A DNA stretch of 64,000 nt, taken from Candidatus Poribacteria bacterium. GTDB lineage: Bacteria > Poribacteria > WGA-4E > JAJDTR01. Location: positions 27,596 to 91,595 of the forward strand of contig JAJDTR010000156.1 of assembly GCA_022827055.1 (NCBI GenBank), given 5' to 3'. The position numbers and the translations under genes are program-made. Positions 57,141 to 64,000 of the stretch are shown one piece after another (position 1 is the stretch's first letter; every line of letters begins with the position of its first letter). Below the pieces are notes generated by a model. That model worked only from the letters and a program-made list of their open reading frames with translations, had not been told where the DNA came from and made no database searches.

Positions 57141-59574
57141 ACTCTAATCCAAAAGACGGGATGATTGGGAACATGCTGATGGCTCGAACTTCCGAAGGCG
57201 ATCTATCATGATTCCAAAGATAGACCAGATAGTTATAATGATTCGTAAAATTGATGACCTGAAGCTTAAATCTGCCGTTTACTCCGAAGGGTGAGATGTC
57301 TCTAATCCATGCGATATCTCCTCGAATATAGGCCGGATAACGGGATGAATTCCGTCTACCCTGAATACTAATAACTCGCGCGTAGGGATCATCCAGTGCG
57401 CCGTCCTCATGATAGACTTTGCCCACGACCGGTGTATACGGTTGACCGCTTGACATGGTCCAGGACAGCGATATCCGATTCCTCTTGCTCACCTGATAAC
57501 TGGCAACCGCGTTCAGCGAATGTGGTCTTGAGTATTTGGGCGTATAAATCTCGGACGCTTGGTTTTCAGTTTCTTCGACCCTCCCATCGCCGTTGAAATC
57601 AAATTTTCTTTCAATATTAGAATATGAATAGCCAAACCAGCCTGAAACTTTACCGGTGGTTTTCTTCAGAAAAAGTTCCAATCCCCAAACGCGTCCCGTG
57701 CCGGCAATAAATTCGTCAAACTCAATGCCCGGATCGTTATCCGGATTGTTTGTGAGGACGTTGCTGTAAGGTTTATAATAGGTTTCAATAGAACCTGTAA
57801 ACCCCGGATTGAACCATCTTTCTATTCCTAGAATGAAGTGCTGATTCCGTATGGCATTGAATTCTTCAGGTACCGGCAACCAGAAATCGACAATCTGCAA
57901 CACTTGATCTTCGTCGTTGACGGTGAAAAGGAATTGATTGAACCTGCCCCAACTCCCCTTGAATGCCCAGTCTTCCGATAATAAGTATTTGAATCCTAGT
58001 CGAGGTTCAAGATAGATTTTGTCATGTAACTCATATTTGGAACCTCGCAATCCCAGTTGAAACGAGAGCAGGTCATTGACTTTCCATCTATCTTGAGCAA
58101 AAGCGCTGAGAACGTAAGGGCTTTGCTTGATGTCAAAGAAATTGACGTTATCCACATGAAAGTCAAATTTCATGCTTAGATTCTTAATCGCCGCTCCCAT
58201 TTTGAGGGTGTGCTTAGGAGAGAGATACCATGTTAACTGTTCCGAGGCTGAAAAATCCCGAATTTGATTGATGGCGCTGGCGATTGTTTCGTCTTGGTTT
58301 CCATCACTGTCGATTTCTGTGCTTTTCAGATTTAAGTCGAAATCAAAATTCGAGTGTGTCAATACAAATTCAGAGAAGAACGTTGCGTTAGGTACATACC
58401 GCCACTTTAGACTGGGGGCGTTATTTCCCCAATCCCAGCTAAAATCTGTCTTTTCATCAGAATTCTCCTCATCAAGGAAGAACTTCAAGACATCGCGCCC
58501 ATCGAAGGTCGAAAACGTCAATCTGTTTTTAGAATTAAGATCGCTAAAAATCTTGATTTGGCCGTCCCAGAAATAGTATTTCCAATCCTGATCTTCTCCT
58601 CTTGCTTGATTGAATCGGTCGGCGATGAGATCAAAATAGGTCCTTCTACCGGATATTATCCAGGCGCCCTTATAGAACGGTCCTTCCAACATCATTTTGC
58701 TACTGAGGAGCGAGATTTCTCCCTTTCCTTTGACTTGCTTCCCCTCTCTTGATGTAATGTCCAAAATAGATGAAAGTCTGCCCGGGTATTCTGCGGGATA
58801 ACCGCCAGCCAGGAATTTCGCATCCGCTATGGTATCGGCGTTAAAAGTCGAGAATAGCCCGACCAGATGATACGGATTATAAATCTCCGCGCCGTCAACC
58901 AAGATTAGGTTTTCATCGGGACTGCCGCCACGCACGACCAGTGCAGAGCTAAAGTCGCTTTGTGAAGAGACGCTTGGGAGTTGCTGTATTGTCCGAAATA
59001 CATCGGCTTCAACGAATGATGGGGTATTGGCAATCTCTTGGGAACTGATATTCGTGCGGCTGATTTCTACCTCTTCTTTGAATCGTGTTTTTTCGCCAGT
59101 CACCTCCACTTCATCAAGTTGGATAGCTACCGGCGCGACCTCAACGTCCAATCTCATTTCGCCGCCGGGTTGAACTTCTATTTCCTTTTCGGCTCGCTCA
59201 AATCGTGTCGCTGAAACGATTAGCTTGTATTTATCCGGCGGTATGCCGCTCAATACATAATATCCACGCACATCGGTTGTTGCGACAAACTGAGTGTTTT
59301 GCAACATTACATTGGCATAGGGCAGCGGTTCTCCGGTTACCTTGTCATACAAGTACCCGTTAATTCTGCCGGTCCCCTCGGCAATTAGGAGTGCTGGCAA
59401 AATTGATATCAACACAAGTGTTAGGACACTGGTGTTCCTACCAAATCTTTGGCACATTGGACCATTTTTCTTTCGAATCGATGCCAAGCGTATCACTATA
59501 TGTTTTAAGGCATTTGAATCCAATTGAGTTAAGAGCCTGTTTGAAAAGTCCGTAGTCAAGCCATTTTTGGTCAT
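57130..59574 (-). CDS. TonB-dependent receptor with an N-terminal CarboxypepD_reg domain
   Basis: GRINGYLYDKVTGEPLPYANVML (CarboxypepD_reg), plug ALVVRGGSPDENLILVDGAEIYNPYH, a long beta-barrel, and C-terminal ...SFGLEFEF with terminal Phe. The signal peptide begins at the internal Met (start 59457 is more likely than 59574). Confidence 0.88.
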   Translation of the reverse strand: MTKNGLTTDFSNRLLTQLDSNALKHIVIRLASIRKKNGPMCQRFGRNTSVLTLVLISILPALLIAEGTGRINGYLYDKVTGEPLPYANVMLQNTQFVATTDVRGYYVLSGIPPDKYKLIVSATRFERAEKEIEVQPGGEMRLDVEVAPVAIQLDEVEVTGEKTRFKEEVEISRTNISSQEIANTPSFVEADVFRTIQQLPSVSSQSDFSSALVVRGGSPDENLILVDGAEIYNPYHLVGLFSTFNADTIADAKFLAGGYPAEYPGRLSSILDITSREGKQVKGKGEISLLSSKMMLEGPFYKGAWIISGRRTYFDLIADRFNQARGEDQDWKYYFWDGQIKIFSDLNSKNRLTFSTFDGRDVLKFFLDEENSDEKTDFSWDWGNNAPSLKWRYVPNATFFSEFVLTHSNFDFDLNLKSTEIDSDGNQDETIASAINQIRDFSASEQLTWYLSPKHTLKMGAAIKNLSMKFDFHVDNVNFFDIKQSPYVLSAFAQDRWKVNDLLSFQLGLRGSKYELHDKIYLEPRLGFKYLLSEDWAFKGSWGRFNQFLFTVNDEDQVLQIVDFWLPVPEEFNAIRNQHFILGIERWFNPGFTGSIETYYKPYSNVLTNNPDNDPGIEFDEFIAGTGRVWGLELFLKKTTGKVSGWFGYSYSNIERKFDFNGDGRVEETENQASEIYTPKYSRPHSLNAVASYQVSKRNRISLSWTMSSGQPYTPVVGKVYHEDGALDDPYARVISIQGRRNSSRYPAYIRGDIAWIRDISPFGVNGRFKLQVINFTNHYNYLVYLWNHDRSPSEVRAISMFPIIPSFGLEFEF

Positions 59575-60270
59575 TTGAAGACACGTCTTTCGTGATTTCC
59601 TGCCATATACCTGTCGCCCCGCTGGGGCTTAGGTGTACGGGGTTTGGGTATTTCTACACACCTTCCGCCCCTCCGGGGCTATTAGAGACTGGTGCGCGGT
59701 GCGCACCCTACAGACTTCAGTTTTATACAAATTCGAGCTTAGAAGTTGTTCCCCGTGAAAAGAAAGTTGTTTTTCTTCAATTCGTGGATACGGCTGCATG
59801 TTGAACACCATTTTAATTAGTTGCTCTCGTCTTGCTGCGGTTGAAATTTCTAACCAAGGCTATACTTGCCCGCACCAATCAAGATTAGACTCAGGAATAC
59901 GAATCCAAGTTCGACGGCATGTGCAGCCTCATTAAACCCTTCATCCTCACTCAAATTGCCGAGCGCGGCAACCAGCATGAAAATTGGCTTACGTTGATAT
60001 TCAATTGTACAATGCAGGATTCGCTTTATCGCTCATACGCCGTGCCAGGACGTGGCAAGGGCGGCTTCCGGGGACTGGCAGCGGTAATATACGACGGCTA
60101 ATCGGCTGCCGACGGATATTCCTTTCTGGTAGGCAAACTTGGGCGTGCCGATGCGGTAGCCGCCAGCGCCCTTCGCCCGCCCGCGCGACGCCTCGATTTC
60201 CAAATAAGCTGGATGCCTCAATTGATGCATCCATACTGGCAGACTCCGATAGCTCGTATTTCTCTCCTCC

Positions 60271-60798
60271 TTACTTTTTCTGGACGTACACATCAAAATC
60301 GGTGACGTGGTCTTGCGAGTTGCGTTTCAACTCCACCGTAGATTGAACTACACGAATAGCCTCGGTGCGCCTGTTGATGTCAATCCGGGTTGCGGCGTCA
60401 ACCGTTTTTTTCATTTTTTTCACCGTTTTCCAATCCTCGCCTTCCCAAACATAGATGTAGAGGTTCTTAATCGGATCAACAGTATCCAGGTGGATATATC
60501 GAATAAACCGAGGGGTGTCAAGGCAGTAGTAATACGCCGCCGCACGTCCGCGCGCACCAGTGTTATATTTGGGCTGACTTCTAAAATATCGGTTGTCCGC
60601 CAAATCAGCCCTTACCTGGGTAGGCGATTTGCCCTTCCAGCGATGGGCAGTACGGGATTGGAACATATACTTTAGCTCATAATAGTATTCGCCTTCCACC
60701 TGTTCGATTCCGCCTCCGTCAAGCGACTGCCCAAGGTCTTTCATCGCGGCGCAAGCTGACACGCTCATCAACGCGGCAACGAACAAAACGGCTTTCAT
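60271..60798 (-). CDS. Lipoprotein, tandem paralogue 2
   Basis: The likely start is MKAVLFVAALMSVSAC at 60798, 1 nt after the upstream stop. The C-terminal ~80 aa aligns with the upstream gene (IHLDTVDPIKNLYIYVWEGEDWKTV...RIDINRRTEAIRVVQS...VTDFDVYVQKK). Confidence 0.65.
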   Translation of the reverse strand: MKAVLFVAALMSVSACAAMKDLGQSLDGGGIEQVEGEYYYELKYMFQSRTAHRWKGKSPTQVRADLADNRYFRSQPKYNTGARGRAAAYYYCLDTPRFIRYIHLDTVDPIKNLYIYVWEGEDWKTVKKMKKTVDAATRIDINRRTEAIRVVQSTVELKRNSQDHVTDFDVYVQKK

Positions 60799-60799
60799 C

Positions 60800-61270
60800 T
60801 CAATGTGCGTCGGCATCTCTGTCCTCCTTTTCTTCGGACGGCTTCTTATCTTGGACAAAGACAAGGATATCATCAACATGATCGAATTCGTCATGTCGGA
60901 GAGACGGCTGGACAACCCTCACGCTGGAGGTCCGTCGGTTAATGTGAATTCGCTGTACGGAAGTGACATTTTTTGTGCTGGCGTAAACCAGTTCCCAATC
61001 TGCATTCGTGCGAATATAAACGTTGACGCGTTTTATGTCTCCTGTTGTAGCCAACCGAATCCAACGAACGAAGAGCGGAGCGATCATCTCGAAATCGTAG
61101 GCTCTTCCTGTCCCGTCTGGCGTATTGCGCTCTTTGAAAGATCCGTCTGCACGATACGTGACACGACTGTTAAGGGCTTTATCGAACTCGCGTATCTTGG
61201 CGGGAATATCAACCGATGAAGCGCAAGAGGATAGGCTGATCGCAATAACGGCTAATAAGAGTTGTTTCAT
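60800..61270 (-). CDS. Lipoprotein, tandem paralogue 1
   Basis: Lipobox ISLSSCAS. C-terminal IRLATTGDIKRVNVYIRTNADWELV...RIHINRRTSSVRVVQP...VDDILVFVQDKK. Confidence 0.65.
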   Translation of the reverse strand: MKQLLLAVIAISLSSCASSVDIPAKIREFDKALNSRVTYRADGSFKERNTPDGTGRAYDFEMIAPLFVRWIRLATTGDIKRVNVYIRTNADWELVYASTKNVTSVQRIHINRRTSSVRVVQPSLRHDEFDHVDDILVFVQDKKPSEEKEDRDADAH

Positions 61271-61321
61271 CTGTAAACCTCCTATTCACTTGTTGTGGTT
61301 TGTCCTGTCGGTGTTTCCACT

Positions 61322-61498
61322 TTAGGTCAAGATAAGCCCGGCGATAATGAAAACGCAGCCGATGCACAGAGGGATTAAGCGTTTTCGCGCAAAAACTTCT
61401 CCCGCAATTTCAATGAGAGATTTCCATAGGGATAAGACAACGCAGAGAAGGAGAGATATACCGGCAACAATCAGGGCGAATCCGATGATACGTGTCAT
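61322..61498 (-). CDS. Possible 58-aa two-helix membrane protein (below the ORF-track cutoff)
   Basis: My own translation gives MTRIIGFALIVAGISLLLCVVLSLWKSLIEIAGEVFARKRLIPLCIGCVFIIAGLILT. GAGG lies 8 nt upstream of the ATG. Confidence 0.35.
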   Translation of the reverse strand: MTRIIGFALIVAGISLLLCVVLSLWKSLIEIAGEVFARKRLIPLCIGCVFIIAGLILT

Positions 61499-61668
61499 TC
61501 GTCAACCTCACTTGTTTTTACTGGATCTGCTACTGCCTTGGGTTCTCTATCGCACTCACTCTTTGAGAAAGGCTATTTTGGGGAAAACTGCCTCGAAAAT
61601 CCGATGATTTTTCCCCTCAAATTACCGAACAATAACTTTAACAGCTACTTTTCAAACAGGCTCTAAAT

Positions 61669-61917
61669 TCGACTTTGTACATTTAAGCGGGATAACAAAC
61701 GGTGTCAATTAAGCGTTGAAGAAAAGCGGGGGAGATTTTAACCATCTGGCTTTTTTGGTTGACCTGTGAAAAAGTCGGTAGTGGTTTCCAGTACCATCAC
61801 GACGGGGCAAGGGGATCTCTATCGCACTCGCTATCTACTCGCTTGATTCCTGTCTACGGGTTTGTTCTTGTACGGCATTCCGTACAATCCAACCGTTGTA
61901 CTTTTGTACAAAGTCGA
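61669..61917. repeat. TIR-bounded intergenic repeat, family 1, copy B
   Basis: Perfect 13-bp TIRs TCGACTTTGTACA (61669-61681) and TGTACAAAGTCGA (61905-61917). It aligns with copy A, except that the REP hairpin is replaced or interrupted by a 42-nt segment containing the 34-nt GGATCTCTATCGCACTCGCT... motif. Confidence 0.65.
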
Positions 61918-62277
61918 GTTAAGAGGGTTCGTCGAGTTTACTACAACAATTCATAGAGTCAAGCGCAACCTACCAAGATTATGACCGCAACCCATTGCAA
62001 TTTTCTCACCATATCGAATTAGGTCAACAAGAGTGAATTGGAAGTCAGTCAAGAGAGACAATTGTGGCATGATGTGCAACGCAAGTATCAAAAATGCAAC
62101 GTTTACAACTGCAGGTACGCGCTCCTTGTAGTGAAACGAGGAATTATCCATACATTGCGGTCCCTTGATCGCACCTACCGACACATATCTAAAATGGAAT
62201 TGTCTATAATAGACAAGTTGACTGTGACACGGGCAGGAGTCTGTGGTGGGCGGAAATGATTATCGAAGGGAATGCTG

Positions 62278-63231
62278 TTAGAACCGCGTGATAAATGCGA
62301 GTCGGTGGGCGTTTCCGACATCTGCGTCGGGTATGAGAGCGTAATCAAACTGAAATCGGATGCCTTCGAGGGAATCTTCGCCCTTTCGACGAATTCCAAT
62401 TCCAACCGTGACTCCGTTGTTAGGGTTTTCACCCTTGCCGATGCTATAACCGATTCTAGCGGCAATCAGATCATAAAACCAATTTTCGGCTCCGATGTGA
62501 AGTGTAGGATAGGCTGCAATCATCGGCACATCAATATCGGCAACGATTGAGAGGAGATTCTTGGGCGGTACGCCCTCAACTTGAATTGAAGGCGTATGAA
62601 CATGGTAGGCAAACCCTGCGCGTATGCTTCTCGGCAGAGCTTCACTTTCATCGAGCATACCTAGGTTCTGCGCGGTTATCCCAACCCCCAAGCGGTTATC
62701 CAATGCGCGCCAAACAGCACCTATATCAATTGCTCCGCCAAATGAATTTTGGAGATCTAGTTGCTGCGAAATTGCCTTCGCGGTCGCACCAACCGAAATC
62801 TTCCGGGATAAAGGATAAGCAAGGGAGAGACCGGCTGCGAATCCGCCGACGTTCACCGTGCTGTCCGGATTGTCGCTTGGGCCGATCCGGCGTTCTATTT
62901 CGGTAAAAGCTCCTAGGAAACTTGCGCCCCAAACGAGGTTGCCTTCACGTTGCGCATACCCAATCGACTGGTTACTGATATCCGCGAATGCGAAATTCTG
63001 CATTGCAGTAAGTTCGTGCGCCTGAACCGTGGTTAAGCCTGCAGGATTCGAGAATATCGTATTTATGTCATTCGCAAGCCCAACGAATGCACCTCCCATG
63101 CCTGCTGGTCGGCTACCCCCATCAATCTTGAGAAAGGCTGCACCTGTCGTCCCGGCGTCATCATGAATATTGGAGGCCCAACCGGAAAAACAAATTAAAC
63201 AGAGGGCACCAACTAAAACGATTCTTTGCAC
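62278..63231 (-). CDS. porV: PorV/PorQ-family T9SS outer-membrane beta-barrel
   Basis: N-terminal hallmark GTTGAAFLKIDGGSRPAGMGGAFVGLANDINTIFSNPAGL. 317 aa, with an alternating beta-strand pattern ending ...AFITRF. Confidence 0.75.
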   Translation of the reverse strand: MQRIVLVGALCLICFSGWASNIHDDAGTTGAAFLKIDGGSRPAGMGGAFVGLANDINTIFSNPAGLTTVQAHELTAMQNFAFADISNQSIGYAQREGNLVWGASFLGAFTEIERRIGPSDNPDSTVNVGGFAAGLSLAYPLSRKISVGATAKAISQQLDLQNSFGGAIDIGAVWRALDNRLGVGITAQNLGMLDESEALPRSIRAGFAYHVHTPSIQVEGVPPKNLLSIVADIDVPMIAAYPTLHIGAENWFYDLIAARIGYSIGKGENPNNGVTVGIGIRRKGEDSLEGIRFQFDYALIPDADVGNAHRLAFITRF

Positions 63232-63328
63232 TAGAATCTCCTCGTATCATGCGTAAAACGACACAGATATTGTCAAGGTATCTCTCGTTGCTATCCCAAG
63301 TGCCATTCATCGCCAATAAGCAGCTTGG

Positions 63329-64000
63329 TCACTCGATGACGAGTATTTTTCCGACCGCATTGCTCCGATTCTTGGTTGCGATATCCTCGGCTTCAAGACG
63401 GAAAATATAAATACCGCGTGCAACCGCTGCGCCGGCTTGGTTTTTTAGATTCCATGTCACAAGCTGGTCACTGTCTCGGCCGGGGCTTATATTAGCGAAG
63501 GTGTCTTCAAAGACAAGATCACCGGCAAAATCATAAATGCTTAAGGTCATGTTGATTTTTGAACCGCTGGGTATATTGACATCAAAAGAAAAATGGGCAC
63601 GATCTCCGGTAGAGCGTTTTAACGGGCTGGGCCAACTGTAGGTGGTTCCTCGGTATGTTAAAGAAACGGATAGGTTGACAGTTACACCATCGTATACAGC
63701 GACGTTGCCGGCTCGATCCGTCACACGAACATCAAGATTGTATCCGCCGGACCGCGCCGGCAGAAAATCAAGTGACCAGCTGCTCCACGGTTCTGACTGG
63801 GCGCCGCTTCTATCCACGGCTAACACCGGCTCGATTGGTTCACCGTCCGGGCCCGTGCCAACAATTTCGACAAACGCAATCCCCGACGCCGATACAGGAC
63901 CACCTTGCTCGTCACCGATCCCCTCTTGCGCTATCGAAATCGGGTCTGTCGCCGTACCGCGCAGCGGCAATGCTTGGTCTGTAAGGCTGGTTTTTCCTCC
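63329..64000 (-). CDS. T9SS cargo protein (C-terminal part only; N-terminus lies beyond the window)
   Basis: The reading frame stays open to the window edge. Ig-like beta-rich sequence ends with a T9SS type-A sorting domain (...VTWNLKNQAGAAVARGIYIFRLEAEDIATKNRSNAVGKILVIE). Confidence 0.7.
   Translation of the reverse strand, partial: GGKTSLTDQALPLRGTATDPISIAQEGIGDEQGGPVSASGIAFVEIVGTGPDGEPIEPVLAVDRSGAQSEPWSSWSLDFLPARSGGYNLDVRVTDRAGNVAVYDGVTVNLSVSLTYRGTTYSWPSPLKRSTGDRAHFSFDVNIPSGSKINMTLSIYDFAGDLVFEDTFANISPGRDSDQLVTWNLKNQAGAAVARGIYIFRLEAEDIATKNRSNAVGKILVIE

Noticed and set aside
59575-60270. Cobalamin (or other) riboswitch upstream of the TonB-dependent receptor.
   Set aside because: I looked on the minus strand for the B12 box (AGYCMGGAGACCKGCC-like) and the GCCACUG core and did not find them. 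No other riboswitch consensus I know matched by eye. Only a cmscan run can exclude it properly.
60033-60296. 87-aa minus-strand ORF (and 60001..60234) in the GC-rich island, as a possible small nuclease or transposase remnant (a GIY-YIG-like GAKG stretch was considered).
   Set aside because: The order and spacing of residues do not fit GIY-YIG or any family I can recall. The composition is what out-of-frame GC-rich DNA gives. It is left as an unexplained GC island under findings.
1-64000. tRNA, rRNA, tmRNA, RNase P, SRP RNA, CRISPR arrays, transposases, integrases and phage genes.
   Set aside because: - I scanned intergenic regions by eye for T-loop GGTTCGAATCC-like boxes, the RNase P GAGGAAAGTCC motif, tmRNA and SRP cores, and regularly spaced repeats, and found none.
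- No ORF shows DDE, tyrosine or serine recombinase, or phage structural motifs.
- Scanning by eye is not exhaustive.

Overview
This is 64 kb of gene-dense bacterial chromosome, roughly 50 percent GC by eye (not computed). About 50 of roughly 56 CDS lie on the minus strand.

Likely origin: an uncultured member of the FCB (Fibrobacteres-Chlorobi-Bacteroidetes) superphylum. Supporting content is a PorV-like T9SS barrel beside a cargo protein with a T9SS C-terminal sorting domain, a CarboxypepD_reg-type TonB-dependent receptor with a DUF4249-like partner, and many lipobox proteins. One textbook sigma-70 promoter (TTGACA-17-TAGAAT) is also present.

Core genes:
- purF, purM, purC, folD
- gltA-icd-mdh
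- a long eukaryote-like glutamine-dependent NAD synthetase
- DAHP synthase
- fetAB-like iron exporter
- a peroxiredoxin
- an MqnC/E-type radical SAM enzyme
- a corrinoid methyl-transfer module: B12-binding protein, RACo-type activase, fused MetF-MetV reductase, and methyl-THF:corrinoid methyltransferase

Accessory genes:
- a type II R-M pair chained by ATGA overlaps to a UbiA prenyltransferase
- an MNT/HEPN pair whose HEPN gene is frameshifted in a homopolymer
- a DMT transporter with a 24-His tail
- an envelope locus containing a 1437-aa protein made almost only of propeller blades

The least explained signal is non-coding. At least three families of dispersed intergenic repeats sit in three abnormally long ORF-free gaps of about 0.8 to 1.5 kb:
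- a 212-249 nt element bounded by terminal inverted repeats
- a 145-190 nt element with a conserved long-range stem
- REP-like GGGGCATCTTGCCCC hairpins, plus a 34-nt motif

I saw no rRNA, tRNA, CRISPR array, transposase, integrase or phage genes. All family calls come from reading motifs by eye and from recall. No searches or computations were run.
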